DNA from: Candidatus Latescibacterota bacterium
Lineage (GTDB): Bacteria > Latescibacterota > UBA2968 > UBA8231
NCBI GenBank assembly: GCA_965248355.1
Contig: OZ252098.1
Location: forward strand, 3,840,001 to 3,904,000
Direction: 5' to 3'
Length of the DNA stretch: 64,000 bases
Shown: one piece after another, positions 27,768-38,200 of the stretch
Layout: each line of letters begins with the position of its first letter
Position numbering within the stretch: the first letter of the stretch is position 1
The notes under the pieces: model-generated
Database searches by the model: none
Told to the model about the DNA's origin: nothing
What the model saw: only the letters and a program-made list of their open reading frames with translations
Program-made: the position numbers and the translations under genes

Positions 27768-29450
27768 GTGCTGAGACTGATCGCCTTCTTCCTCGAGCAC
27801 CGCGGGCGGCGCCGAGGTATCGGGCGGCTCCTGTGGGTGCTCTCCGCCTTCATCCTCATCGTCATCCTCTACAGCGTCCTCTTTCACCTGCTCATGCTCT
27901 ACGAGGGCCGGGACTTCTCCTGGTTCACGGGGGTGTACTGGACGCTGACGGTGATGTCCACCCTCGGCTTCGGCGACATCACCTTCCACACCGATCTCGG
28001 ACGGGCTTTCAGCATGGCCGTGCTCCTCAGCGGCACCGCTTTCCTGCTGATCCTGCTGCCCCTCACTTTCCTGCAGTTCTTCTGGATGCCGTGGATGGAG
28101 GCCCAGGCCCAGGGGCGCCTCCCGCGCAAGCTCGACGCCGGCACCCGGGACCACGTCATCCTGGTGCAGCACGACCCCCTCTCCCTCGCCCTCATCGAGC
28201 GGCTCGTGCAGTTCCAGTACTCGTACGTGCTCATCGAGCCGGACCCCTCGGAGGCCGGGCGGCTGGCCGACGAGGGGCTCAACGTGGTCCTCGGAGATCT
28301 CGACGATCCCAGGACCTACCGCGGGGCCCGCCTGGCCGAGGCCGCCCTCGTGGTCGCCGCTCGCTCCGACGAGATGAACACGCAGATCGCCTCGACGGTG
28401 CGCGCCATCTCCGAGAACACGTCGATCATCGGGACCGCCGACGTGCCGGCCTCGGTGGACATCCTCGAGCTGGCGGGCTGCAACCACGTGCTGCAGCTCG
28501 GCGACCTGCTCGGCGAGTCCCTGGCGCGGCGCACCACGGCCGGAGACGCCATGGCCCACGTCATCGGCGAGTTCGGCGAATTGCTGATCGCCGAGGCGAC
28601 GACGACGAACACGCCCATCGTCGGCCAGACGCTGGTCGAGGCGGATCTGCGCCGGAAGGTGGGGATCCACGTGATCGGCATCTGGGAGCGGGGGCAGTTC
28701 CAGCCGGCGCGGCCGGAGACCCGCATCACCGGCCAGACCGTCCTCGTCCTCGCCGCCGACCAGGAGCAGCTCTACCGGTACAACAGCCTCTTCGCCATCT
28801 ACAACCAGTCCGCCGAGCCGGTGATCATCATCGGCGCCGGCCGCGTCGGCCGCGCCGTGGGGCGCTCGCTGGAGGAGCGCAAGGTCGACTACCGGATCGT
28901 CGAGCGCGATCCGGAGGCCGCCGGGGACGACCGGACGGTGGTGAAGGGCTCGGCAGCGGAGCTGGAGGTGCTGCAGGAGGCGGGCATCCGGACGGCGCCG
29001 GCCGTGGTGCTCACCACCCGGGACGACGAGACCAACATCTACCTGGCCATCTACTGTCGCCGGCTGCGGCCCGACATCCAGATCATCGCCCGGGCGAACC
29101 AGGAGCGCAACGTGCAGACCCTGCACCGGGCCGGCACCGACTTCGTCATGTCCTATCCGTCCATGGGGGCCCGCGAGATCACCAACCAGCTGCAGCGCAG
29201 CAGCACGCTGACGATCGCCGAGGGCCTGGGGGTGATCCGCATGCCGGTGCCCCGGGGCCTGGCCGGCACCAGCATCGCGGGGTCGGGGATCCGTCCGCGG
29301 ACAGGCTGCTCGGTAGTGGCCGTCAGCCAGGACAGCACGACCCGGGTCAATCCGGACCCGACCGAGGCCCTGCCGGCCGGCGGCGAGATCATCCTGATCG
29401 CGACGGCCGAGGGCGAGCGCCTCTTTCTCAAGGAGTTCAGCAGCGCCTGA
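27768..29450 (+). CDS. Potassium channel (2TM pore + tandem RCK/TrkA domains)
   Basis: TVMSTLGFGD selectivity filter; IIGAGRVG; AGGAGG upstream of GTG 27768. Confidence 0.92.
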   Translation: MLRLIAFFLEHRGRRRGIGRLLWVLSAFILIVILYSVLFHLLMLYEGRDFSWFTGVYWTLTVMSTLGFGDITFHTDLGRAFSMAVLLSGTAFLLILLPLTFLQFFWMPWMEAQAQGRLPRKLDAGTRDHVILVQHDPLSLALIERLVQFQYSYVLIEPDPSEAGRLADEGLNVVLGDLDDPRTYRGARLAEAALVVAARSDEMNTQIASTVRAISENTSIIGTADVPASVDILELAGCNHVLQLGDLLGESLARRTTAGDAMAHVIGEFGELLIAEATTTNTPIVGQTLVEADLRRKVGIHVIGIWERGQFQPARPETRITGQTVLVLAADQEQLYRYNSLFAIYNQSAEPVIIIGAGRVGRAVGRSLEERKVDYRIVERDPEAAGDDRTVVKGSAAELEVLQEAGIRTAPAVVLTTRDDETNIYLAIYCRRLRPDIQIIARANQERNVQTLHRAGTDFVMSYPSMGAREITNQLQRSSTLTIAEGLGVIRMPVPRGLAGTSIAGSGIRPRTGCSVVAVSQDSTTRVNPDPTEALPAGGEIILIATAEGERLFLKEFSSA

Positions 29451-29562
29451 GGGCCGCCGGGGCGGCTCGCCCCGCAGCGGCCGGGTCAGGTGCGGCGATT
29501 GGATTCCTGGGTCCTGGACCTGGGGTGGACAGAAGGGACAGTTCGCGGTACCTGCCCTGCCC

Positions 29563-30939
29563 TCAGCCTTCTCGCCTCAGCTCCGCGAGGCTGTCGCGCA
29601 CCGTCTCGATGAGTCGGTCCACGTGTCCGCCTTCGAGGGGCAGGGAGATGCTGCCTCCCATCCGCCAGTAGATCCCGCGGTTGAGCAGGCGCAGGTGCAG
29701 CCAGCGCTGCAGTTGCGTGTCGTCGGCTGCCGCCTCGCGGTAGTTGCGCGGCGGATCCTCCAGGAAGTAGATGCGGAACAGGGAGCCGGCCACGACCACG
29801 CAGGCGGCGAGGCCCAGCTCGGCGAAGGCCCGTTCCAGCCCCGAGGCCGCGGCCTGCGCCAGGTCCGCGATCCCTTCGTACGCCGAGGGGGTCATCCTCT
29901 CCAGGGTGGCCTTTCCAGCGGTCAGGGCGAAGGGGTTGGCGTTGAACGTCCCCGACTGGGGGATCCTCGCCCCCTGGCGGGGATCGTAGAGGGCCATGAC
30001 CTCCTCGCGCCCGCCGAAGACGGCCCCCGGGGTGCCGCCGGCGATGACCTTGCCGAGGCAGGTGAGGTCGGGGCGCACGCCCAGGTGCTCCTGCACCCCT
30101 CCCGGTCCCATGCGGAAGCTGACGATCTCGTCGAAGACGAGGAGCGCGCCGGCGCCATGGGCAGCCTCGGCCAGGCGCTCGAGGAAGCCCTCCTCGGGCA
30201 GGGCCAGCCCGGCCGCCGTGGACAGGGGATCGACGATGACGGCCGCGAGCCGGCCGGCGTGTTCGGCCAGGCGCGCCTCGACGGCGTCGGCGTCGTTGAA
30301 GGGCAGGATCACGACGTCCTTCAGGGCCGCCGAGGAAAGGCCGGCGGTGGAGGCCACCGGGTTCGGGGCGTCGGCGGGACCGAGGTCTGGACCCGTCGGC
30401 GGCAGGTAGCTCACCATGGCGTGGTCGTCGATCCCGTGGAAGGCTCCCTCGAACTTGGCCGTGCCCGTGCGTCCGGTGAAGGCGCGGGCGGCTCTCAGGG
30501 CGTTGATCACGGCCTCGGATCCCGAGCTGCAGAACCGCAGCCGCTCCAGGGACGGGAGCCGCCGGCGGAGGAGCTCCGCCATCTCGACCTCGAGGGCCAG
30601 GGGGCGGGAGAACCCGGTGCCCCGGCCCACGGCCTCCCGCAGGGCCGACACCACGGCGGGATGGGCGTGTCCGAGGATGAGAGCGGTGTTGTTGTTGACG
30701 AAGTCCAGCAGCCGGTGGCCGTCGAGGTCGTACAGATAGACGCCTTCGCCCCGTTCGGCGTACAGAGGAAAGGGGTGCATGTGCACGCCCGTGCGCGTGT
30801 TGCCGCCGGGTAGGGAACCGGCGGCGCGGGCGAACATCGCCGAGGAGCGCGGATTGCGCTCGGCGAAGAGCGCCTCCTCCTCGGCGCAGGCGGCGGCCAG
30901 CGCCGACCTGTCGATTCTGCATGCGGCGGCCTGAGTCAT
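29563..30939 (-). CDS. Class III PLP aminotransferase (glutamate-1-semialdehyde aminomutase-like)
   Basis: LPGGNTR, LGHAHP, SGSEA, KFEG.FHG, FDEI.SFR, LGKVIAGG, GTFNANP. Confidence 0.9.
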   Translation of the reverse strand: MTQAAACRIDRSALAAACAEEEALFAERNPRSSAMFARAAGSLPGGNTRTGVHMHPFPLYAERGEGVYLYDLDGHRLLDFVNNNTALILGHAHPAVVSALREAVGRGTGFSRPLALEVEMAELLRRRLPSLERLRFCSSGSEAVINALRAARAFTGRTGTAKFEGAFHGIDDHAMVSYLPPTGPDLGPADAPNPVASTAGLSSAALKDVVILPFNDADAVEARLAEHAGRLAAVIVDPLSTAAGLALPEEGFLERLAEAAHGAGALLVFDEIVSFRMGPGGVQEHLGVRPDLTCLGKVIAGGTPGAVFGGREEVMALYDPRQGARIPQSGTFNANPFALTAGKATLERMTPSAYEGIADLAQAAASGLERAFAELGLAACVVVAGSLFRIYFLEDPPRNYREAAADDTQLQRWLHLRLLNRGIYWRMGGSISLPLEGGHVDRLIETVRDSLAELRREG

Positions 30940-33518
30940 GGGGCCGCTCCCCGGGCAGCGCCGGCGCGGGAGTCCAGCCGCCGGATCCGTCCCAGCCGCG
31001 GGGGCGTCACCGTCCCCTGCCGGCCGGCGTAGCGGATCTGGGCGTCCACGATCTGCACCTCGGTGTTGGTCCAGTCCACCTCGCGTCCGAAGAATCTACC
31101 GCTGCGAAGGACGACATAGTCCTCGGCGGCCAGCGTGTAGGTGCGGTCCAGGTCGAGGTCGTGCTCGACCACGCGCCGGCCCCCGGGCCTCGACCGGTCC
31201 ACGGCATAGGAGAGGCCCGCCACCTGCATGGGCCGCTCCCTGCCGTCGCGGACGTCGAACTCGAGGATGTCGAGCACCTCCGCGCCGGTGAGCGGGAAGG
31301 TGTAGAGTTCGTCGCGGAAGTTCATCTGGAAGATGGCGCCGATGGTGACCTCCCCTTCCTCGAGGGGACGGCGGATGCCGTCGTTGTTCTGGAAGGCGAT
31401 GTCGGCGCCGGTGGCGAACAGGATGGAGTCACAGAACCAGTTGCCGAGAGCCGTGTCGTACCAGGGCTCGGTGAGGTCTTCGTTGGACAAGGTCCTGGCC
31501 GCCGTGGCCACGGGAGGCATGGGTCCGCATGCGGACGGATCCCCGGAGCGCCAGAGGCCTGCCTCGCCCCGGTGCAGACAGAGCTCCTCGTCGCCGCCGG
31601 CCAGCGTCACCTCGGCGCCGTCGATCCACACCCCCGCCGGTGGGCCGAGCCCGGCCAGGGGGCCCGTCCGGCGCAGGCGGAAGGCGGCCAGGTTGCCGGT
31701 GAGGATCCGGGGGGCGGGGCCCGTGAGGTCGATGCTCAGCTCCATCGGGTTGGCCCACATGACCGCCCGCTCCAGGCCCGCCCACCCAGCCTGTCCGTGG
31801 GCCGGCAGGAAGGCGGAGAGGAACAGGTGACCGAGCCGGGTCTCGTCCACCTGGGCCTGGGCGTACCAGGGCGGGGTGCCGCGGCCCTCGAGGACCGGGA
31901 CCTCCGTGGGCGGGCCCGCTCCTTCCGGGGTGTGCCAGCGCAGGCCGAAGACGGCGTTGCCCTCGTAGCGCTCGTCCCCTTCCACCTCGCACAGCTTGAG
32001 GCTGAAGCCGAAATCGCCGCGCCGCTGCTCGGCGCGCACGAGCACCCGGTGGCGCCCGGCCGCCAGCTGGACGGGCACTCGTTCGCAGGGCAGGAAGTGG
32101 CGCCGCCGGCCCCGGAAATCGTGGACCCGCCGCCCGTCGATCCACACCGTCAAACCCTCGTCCGACCCGACCCACAGCTCCGCCGGCTCGTCGCGGGGGG
32201 CGTCGAACTCGGCGTAGGCGTAGACCACGCAGTGGGAGGGGTTGGAGAAGTGGCGGTCGAGGTCGATCCTGTCGGCGTGGAAGTAGACGGGGCCGGACCA
32301 GCCGCCGGCGCCGGCCCGGGGCGTCACCCCCGGACCGAGGCCGGCGTCGGCGCCCGAGGGGATCGGGCCCTTGAGGAGCCAGGTGCGGTTGCCCATGCCG
32401 TAGCGGGCGTTCTCGTCCGAGGGATTCTTCTCGAAGCGGCGCACGAGGTCTTCGAGGTCGGCGCGCACCCGGAGGCGGTCGAGGTCGGCCACGCCCAGGC
32501 CGCGGCGCTGCCCCAGCTGCAGGAACTCCATGTCGGCGGGATTCAGGCCCATCAGGCGGGCGGCCACGGCGTCGACGGCGAGCAGGTCGGGGCCGGCCAG
32601 GATCGTGTTGACGCGCACGGGGACGCCGCCCTGTGAGCGGATCCGTTCCCTCTCCATGCCGACGATTCCGTCGACCACGGCGAAGTCGACGCCGGCCACA
32701 GCGGCCAGGTCGACCATGGTCTCGTCGAGGGTCTGCGGCGTGTGCCACAGGCCGGCGCTGCCCGACTCCGGCGGCCAGCCTCTCATCTTCGACCAGCCGT
32801 ACTTCAGGCCCGGAGCGATGCCGATCAGGTTCTTCACGGCCACGGTCATGCCCACGGCCCCGGTGATCTTCATCACCGGCACGCTGATAAGGACCTCCGC
32901 CTCGCGAACCGTCCGCGGCACCCAGTAGGTCTCGGCCACCAGACCCCCTCCCGGCGGCTCGAGCTCGATGGCGTCGTCGTAATTGAGGTCGACGATGCGC
33001 AGGTCGGCGCCGGCCAGGTCGGGGTCGAGGAGCAGGGCGCGGTACCCGGCCGCCTCGAAACCGTCGCCAACCTCCACGCGGTCGAGCTGCTCGATCAGGT
33101 CGGTGCGCTCGGGCGGTATCCAGACGCCGCCCTCGGCGATCGTCAGCCGGGCCTTGGGAGCCCACTCGTGGACCGCCTCGAGGAGCGCCTTGACCACCCG
33201 CCAGTCGGTGATGTCGCCCTGCACGTGCTCGACGTGGACGATGTTGACCTTGCAGACCACGTCGACAACGCCATCGGGCCCCGGCTTGGCGGCCCGAACC
33301 AGCTCGCGCAGCCCCGCTTGCTCCACGGCGCTGCGCACCAGGGGCCGGATGTGTGCGGCGTAGTCGAGGGGCTGGTCCGCGGGCACCGGCGCCGGCAGCC
33401 CGGCGTCGTCGGAGCGCACCACGGATACCACCGGGCCGGTGGAAGCCCAGGCGGCCGGGGCCATCGCCAGGACCAGGGCCGTGGTCCTGGCGAGGATCCA
33501 GACGGCGGCCGGCCTCAT
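30936..33518 (-). CDS. Secreted multidomain protein: DUF362 + PA14-like + 5'-nucleotidase C-terminal domain
   Basis: Signal peptide; KVN…TDWRVV…AEG…P.MK…T.AVKNLIG…VDG..GME…DAVAARLMG (DUF362); LWVGSDEG..VWIDG (PA14-like); LGNWFCD…ADIAFQN.DGIR…LTG.E…LE…QVAGL (5'-NT C); ATGA overlaps at both ends. Confidence 0.8.
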   Translation of the reverse strand: MRPAAVWILARTTALVLAMAPAAWASTGPVVSVVRSDDAGLPAPVPADQPLDYAAHIRPLVRSAVEQAGLRELVRAAKPGPDGVVDVVCKVNIVHVEHVQGDITDWRVVKALLEAVHEWAPKARLTIAEGGVWIPPERTDLIEQLDRVEVGDGFEAAGYRALLLDPDLAGADLRIVDLNYDDAIELEPPGGGLVAETYWVPRTVREAEVLISVPVMKITGAVGMTVAVKNLIGIAPGLKYGWSKMRGWPPESGSAGLWHTPQTLDETMVDLAAVAGVDFAVVDGIVGMERERIRSQGGVPVRVNTILAGPDLLAVDAVAARLMGLNPADMEFLQLGQRRGLGVADLDRLRVRADLEDLVRRFEKNPSDENARYGMGNRTWLLKGPIPSGADAGLGPGVTPRAGAGGWSGPVYFHADRIDLDRHFSNPSHCVVYAYAEFDAPRDEPAELWVGSDEGLTVWIDGRRVHDFRGRRRHFLPCERVPVQLAAGRHRVLVRAEQRRGDFGFSLKLCEVEGDERYEGNAVFGLRWHTPEGAGPPTEVPVLEGRGTPPWYAQAQVDETRLGHLFLSAFLPAHGQAGWAGLERAVMWANPMELSIDLTGPAPRILTGNLAAFRLRRTGPLAGLGPPAGVWIDGAEVTLAGGDEELCLHRGEAGLWRSGDPSACGPMPPVATAARTLSNEDLTEPWYDTALGNWFCDSILFATGADIAFQNNDGIRRPLEEGEVTIGAIFQMNFRDELYTFPLTGAEVLDILEFDVRDGRERPMQVAGLSYAVDRSRPGGRRVVEHDLDLDRTYTLAAEDYVVLRSGRFFGREVDWTNTEVQIVDAQIRYAGRQGTVTPPRLGRIRRLDSRAGAARGAAP

Positions 33519-34252
33519 TCGGCGTCGTAGTCGGTGAGGCCCCGCATCCAGATGTTCCGGAAGCGCGTGGGGTTGCCGTGGTCCTGCAGCCTCAGGGGGC
33601 CTTCCTCGTCGTGGGGCGAGGTGTAGGAGCTGGTGTTGCGGTGGCCCGTGGGTCCCATCGCCTCCTGGCGGTGGTGCAGGAGAAGGCCGTTGTGAAAGAC
33701 GGTCAGGCGCGCCGGCTCCACCAGCCAGCCCTCGTCCCAGCGCGGGGTCTCGAAGATGACGTCGTAGGACTGCCACTCCCCCGGCGGGCGGCAGGCGTTC
33801 ACGAAGGGCGGGAACTGGCCGTAGATGGCGCCGGCGGCGCCGTCGGCGTAGGTGGGGTTGTCGTAGCCGTCGAGGACCTGGATCTCGTAGAGCCCCATGA
33901 GGAAGACGCCGCTGTTGCCGCGCCCCTGGCTGTCGCCGGAGACCTCGGACGGGGTGGCCCACTCCAGGTGCAGCTGGCAGTCCCCGAAGCGCTTCACGGA
34001 CTGCATGTCCCCGGTGCCGGGCACGACCTCCACGAAGCCGTCCTCCACCTTCCAGGCCGCCTCTTCCCCTGGCGCGCGGGCGCTCTCCCACTCGGAGAGA
34101 TCGGTGCCGTCGAAGAGCACCACCGCGTCGGAGGGCGCCCCCCCCGGCTCGGCGCCCGGCATGACGATGCGGGGCTCGGGGCGCCGGCTGTCGTGGACCC
34201 GCCAGGGCTGTCCCGGAATCAGGTCGGTGTCGTCGTATCCTGGGCGTGCCAT
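33515..34252 (-). CDS. DUF1080 (3-keto-disaccharide hydrolase-like) protein
   Basis: PSDAVVLFDG.DL, FGD.QLHLEW, GNSGVF, YEIQVLD, GEWQSYD, LQDHG..RFRNIW. Confidence 0.92.
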   Translation of the reverse strand: MARPGYDDTDLIPGQPWRVHDSRRPEPRIVMPGAEPGGAPSDAVVLFDGTDLSEWESARAPGEEAAWKVEDGFVEVVPGTGDMQSVKRFGDCQLHLEWATPSEVSGDSQGRGNSGVFLMGLYEIQVLDGYDNPTYADGAAGAIYGQFPPFVNACRPPGEWQSYDVIFETPRWDEGWLVEPARLTVFHNGLLLHHRQEAMGPTGHRNTSSYTSPHDEEGPLRLQDHGNPTRFRNIWMRGLTDYDAE

Positions 34253-34261
34253 GATCCTCCT

Positions 34262-35875
34262 TCAGGCCGCCCGGCGCAGCACGCGGCCGGGGCGGTGGTC
34301 GGTGAGTTGGCCGTCGCTCACGGTGGCGACGCCGTTGACGTACACGTGGTCGATCCCCCGCGGGTAGCGGTAGGGATCGTCGAAGTCGGCCCTCTCGCCC
34401 ACGGTCTCGGGGTCGAGGACGACGAGGTCGGCCCAGGCACCTTCGCGCAGCAGTCCCCTTCCGGCGAGGCGGAAGCGCGCCGCGGCGTGCCCGGTGAGCT
34501 TGTGCACCGCCTGCTCCCAGGTGAGGGCGCCCTGCTCGCGGATGAAGCGGCGCAGGAAGTAGGGGAAGGCGCCGTACGACCTCGGGTGGTGCTTGCCCTC
34601 GGCCAGGACGCCCTCAGGAATGAGGGAGAAGCCGTCGGAGATCACGCCGCCGGCCTCGTGGCGGGCGATGTTGAGGAAGTCCTCCTCGCCCACGTCCTCG
34701 GCCAGCATCCAGGGCCGCGCCTCCTCCTCGACGAGGATGTCCAGAACGGCGTCGTGCGGGTCCTGGCCCCGGAGCCGGCCGATCTCGGCGAAGGATCGGC
34801 CCGTCAGGTGGGCGTTGGCCTCACCGGCGCTGCCGAGCCAGATGCGGTCCCAGGCGCCTTGCCTGGCGAGGTTCCGCTTTCGGCTGCCGCCGCTCTCGGC
34901 CCCGTGGGTGAGGGTGTCGGCCTGGATGGCGCGGCGCTGCTCCGGGTCGCGCAGTCTTCGCAGCAGGGCCTCGTCGCCGCCGTCGAGAGACCAGGGCGGC
35001 AGCAGCGACTTCAGGGTCGTGGAGCCGATGGTGTAGGGAATGGCGTCGCAGCTGACGTCGACGCCGCGCTGGCGCAGGGCGTCCATGTCGGCCAGCAGAC
35101 CGGCGGTGGCGCCCAGCATGGGGGATCCCGGCTGCATGTGGGAGACGTGGCCGGCCACGCCGGCGCGCTCGGCCACGGCGGTGACCTCGGCCACGGCCGC
35201 GGCGATGCCCTTCGTCTGGTTGCGGATGTGGCTGGTGTAGATGCCGCCGAAGGGGGCGATGACCTCGCCGAGGGCGACGAGCTCGTCGAGGGGGGCGTAC
35301 GGCCCGGGGGCGTAGGCCAGGCCGCTGGAGAGGCCCACGGCGCCGTCTTCCATGGCGCGGGCGGCCAGCTCCCTCATGCGCGCCATCTCCGCCGGCGTCG
35401 CCTCGCGGTCGTCCCAGCCCATGGCGGCCACGCGCAGGTTCCCGTGGCCTACCAGGGAGGCCACGTTGGTGCCGATGCCCTGGTCCTCCAGGCGGGCGAA
35501 GTAGTCGCCGAAGCCGGTCCAGTCGCACTCGAGGCCGCGGGTCATGGCCGGGTCCAGGGGGCCGTAGTAGGGCTCGTAATCGCGCGTCGGCGCCGCCGAC
35601 ACGCCGCAGTTGCCGACGACCTGGGTGGTGATCCCCTGGGCCAGGGAGGAGGAGGCGCGGCCCTCCAGGAGGAGGGTGAGGTCGGAGTGGGTGTGGATGT
35701 CGATGAAGCCGGGGGCGACGAAGCGCGCGGCGGCATCGACCGTGTCGCGCGCCTGGGTCCCCGCCAGATCTCCGATGGCCGCGACGCGGCCGTCCTGGAC
35801 GGCCACGTCGGCCGGGCGCGCCGGGGCGCCGGTCCCGTCGAGGAGGCGCCCCCCGGTGATGATCAGGTCGTACAC
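34262..35875 (-). CDS. N-acyl-D-amino-acid deacylase (D-aminoacylase)
   Basis: PGFIDIHTHSD, GNCG, GLSSGL.Y.PG, HIR, HPRSYG.FP. Confidence 0.92.
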   Translation of the reverse strand: MYDLIITGGRLLDGTGAPARPADVAVQDGRVAAIGDLAGTQARDTVDAAARFVAPGFIDIHTHSDLTLLLEGRASSSLAQGITTQVVGNCGVSAAPTRDYEPYYGPLDPAMTRGLECDWTGFGDYFARLEDQGIGTNVASLVGHGNLRVAAMGWDDREATPAEMARMRELAARAMEDGAVGLSSGLAYAPGPYAPLDELVALGEVIAPFGGIYTSHIRNQTKGIAAAVAEVTAVAERAGVAGHVSHMQPGSPMLGATAGLLADMDALRQRGVDVSCDAIPYTIGSTTLKSLLPPWSLDGGDEALLRRLRDPEQRRAIQADTLTHGAESGGSRKRNLARQGAWDRIWLGSAGEANAHLTGRSFAEIGRLRGQDPHDAVLDILVEEEARPWMLAEDVGEEDFLNIARHEAGGVISDGFSLIPEGVLAEGKHHPRSYGAFPYFLRRFIREQGALTWEQAVHKLTGHAAARFRLAGRGLLREGAWADLVVLDPETVGERADFDDPYRYPRGIDHVYVNGVATVSDGQLTDHRPGRVLRRAA

Positions 35876-35879
35876 GAAC

Positions 35880-37853
35880 TCAGCGGCGGGTGATCAGGTC
35901 GTCCACCACCGCCGGGTCCGCCAGGGTGCTGGTGTCGCCGATGCTGCCCATGTCGTTCTCGGCGATCTTGCGCAGGATGCGGCGCATGATCTTGCCGGAG
36001 CGGGTCTTCGGCAGCCCCGGGGCCCAGTGGATGACGTCGGGCTGGGCGATGGGGCCGATGACGGAGCGCACCTGCTTCTTCAGCTCGTCCTTCAGCGCGT
36101 CCGTGTACTCCTCCCCCGTGTTCAGGGTCACGTAGGCGTAGATGCCCTGACCCTTCACCTCGTGGGGGAACCCGACCACGGCGGCCTCGGCGACCTGGCT
36201 GTGCAGCACCAGGGCGCTCTCGACCTCGGCGGTGCCCATGCGGTGGCCGGAGACGTTGATGACGTCGTCGACGCGGCCGGTGATCCAGTAGTAGCCGTCC
36301 TCGTCGCGCCGGCAGCCGTCGCCGGTGAAGTAGTAGCCTTTGTACTGCTGGAAGTAGGTCTCCTCGAAACGCTTGTGATCGCCGTACAAGGTCCGCATCT
36401 GGCCCGGCCAGGGAGCCTTGATGGCGAGCACCCCGGAGACTCCGTCACCATCGAGGGGGGTGCCCTTCTCCGGGTCGAGGACCACGGGCTCGATGCCGAA
36501 GAACGGGAAGGTCGCCGACCCCGGCTTGAGGCTCGTCGCGCCCGGCAGCGGCGTGATCAGGATGCCGCCGGTCTCCGTCTGCCACCAGGTGTCGACGATG
36601 GGGCAGCGCTCCTTGCCGGCGTTGCGGTGGTACCAGCGCCAGGCCTCGGGGTTGATGGGCTCGCCCACGGTGCCCAGCAGGCGCAGGGAGGGCATCTCGT
36701 ACTTGGCCGGCCACTCCTCGCCGGCGGCGGCGATGGCGCGGATGGCGGTGGGCGCCGTGTAGAACTGGTTGACCCCCCACTTCTCGACGATCTGCCAGTA
36801 ACGGTCGGGGTTCGGCCAGGTGGGGATGCCCTCGAACATCATCGTCGTGGCGCCGTTGGCCAGGGGTCCGTAGATGATGTAGGAGTGACCGGTGACCCAG
36901 CCGATGTCGGCGGCGCAGAAGTAGATGTCGCCGTCGTGGTAGTCGAAGATCAGCTTGTGGGTGACGGCGGTGTAGACCATGTAGCCGCCGACGTTGTGCT
37001 GCACGCCCTTGGGCTTGCCGGTGGAGCCGGAGGTATAGAGGATGTAGAGCGGGTCCTCGGCCTCCATCGCCTCGCAGGGACATTCCGCCGGGGCCCCGGC
37101 CATCACCTCGTGCCACCAGTCGTCGCGGCCGGCCTTCATCTCCACGGCGAACTCGCCCTCGGCCTTGACGCGCTCCACCACGATGCAGCTGGTCACCGGC
37201 TGGCCCATCTGCCTCTCGGCCGCCTCCATGGCCTCGTCGGCGTTCGGCTTGAGCAGGATCGGCTTGTCGCCCCGGTGGGTGCCGTTGCAGGTGATCAGCA
37301 CCGTGCAGCTGGAGTCGGCGATGCGGTCGGCCAGGGAGTCGGCCGAGAACCCGCCGAAGACGATGGAGTGGACGGCGCCGATGCGGGCGCAGGCGAGCAT
37401 GGCCACGGCCAGCTCGGGGATCATGGGCATGTAGATGGAGACGCGGTCGCCCTTCTTCACGCCCTTCGACTTTAGGACGTTGGCGAACCGGCAGACCTGC
37501 TCGTGCAGCTCGCGGTAGCTGAGGGTGGCGTCCTCGTCGGGCCGGTTGCCCTCCCAGATGATGGCCGTCTGGTCGCCGCGGCCCTCCAGGTGCCGGTCGA
37601 GGCAGTTGTGGACGATGTTCGTCCGGCCGCCGTCGAACCAGCGGATGGAGACCGGGCCCTGGTCCATGTCGTAGTTGTAGTCACGGACCGTGTGCCACCT
37701 CTCGTACCAGTGGAACTCCTCCGCCTGCGCCGCCCACCAGGCCTCGGGGTCGGCGATCGAGCGCCGGTACTCGTCGAGGTAGGCCTGGTGGCTGCCGACG
37801 TGGCCGCGGGTGCTGGCGGCGGCGGGGGGCGGATAGAGTTGGTCGTCGGTCAT
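35880..37853 (-). CDS. acs: Acetyl-CoA synthetase
   Basis: [58 protein letters not shown]. Confidence 0.97.
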   Translation of the reverse strand: MTDDQLYPPPAAASTRGHVGSHQAYLDEYRRSIADPEAWWAAQAEEFHWYERWHTVRDYNYDMDQGPVSIRWFDGGRTNIVHNCLDRHLEGRGDQTAIIWEGNRPDEDATLSYRELHEQVCRFANVLKSKGVKKGDRVSIYMPMIPELAVAMLACARIGAVHSIVFGGFSADSLADRIADSSCTVLITCNGTHRGDKPILLKPNADEAMEAAERQMGQPVTSCIVVERVKAEGEFAVEMKAGRDDWWHEVMAGAPAECPCEAMEAEDPLYILYTSGSTGKPKGVQHNVGGYMVYTAVTHKLIFDYHDGDIYFCAADIGWVTGHSYIIYGPLANGATTMMFEGIPTWPNPDRYWQIVEKWGVNQFYTAPTAIRAIAAAGEEWPAKYEMPSLRLLGTVGEPINPEAWRWYHRNAGKERCPIVDTWWQTETGGILITPLPGATSLKPGSATFPFFGIEPVVLDPEKGTPLDGDGVSGVLAIKAPWPGQMRTLYGDHKRFEETYFQQYKGYYFTGDGCRRDEDGYYWITGRVDDVINVSGHRMGTAEVESALVLHSQVAEAAVVGFPHEVKGQGIYAYVTLNTGEEYTDALKDELKKQVRSVIGPIAQPDVIHWAPGLPKTRSGKIMRRILRKIAENDMGSIGDTSTLADPAVVDDLITRR

Positions 37854-37917
37854 GGGGAGATGACTCCTTGTATGGTCGTTCCCGGTGCAGCCGGGGTAAT
37901 ATCCGCAGACCCCGACC

Positions 37918-38196
37918 TCAGGAAAAGAGGCGCCGGCGCAGCCACATGAGGCCCACCAGGGTCTTGGCGTCGGCGATCCGCCCGGCGTCGATGGCGCGCC
38001 AGACCTCGTCCTCCGGCCATTCCAGGACCTCGATGCTCTCGCCCTCCTCCTCGAGTCCGCCGCCGGGGCCCCGGCTGACCGGCGCGTAGTAGAGGAAGAT
38101 GAGTTCCGAGGACCCGCCCGGGGTGAGGTAGAAGGTGCCGATGGGCTCGAGGCGGTCGAGCAGGGTTCGCCGGCCGTGGATCTCGACGCGCCCCAT
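37918..38196 (-). pseudogene. ADP-ribose/GDP-mannose pyrophosphatase (NudF/NudK-like) with internal deletion removing the Nudix box
   Basis: Only 92 aa; C-terminal motifs FY.TPGGSSE.I.LY.A, GGGL.EEGE.IEV, G.I.DAKT present; no GX5EX7REUXEEXGU. Confidence 0.72.
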
Positions 38197-38200
38197 CCCC

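Noticed and set aside
29563..30939. Calling the aminotransferase hemL
   Set aside because: Lacks the typical hemL PGGVNSPVRA signature (has PGGNTR) and has no heme-pathway context
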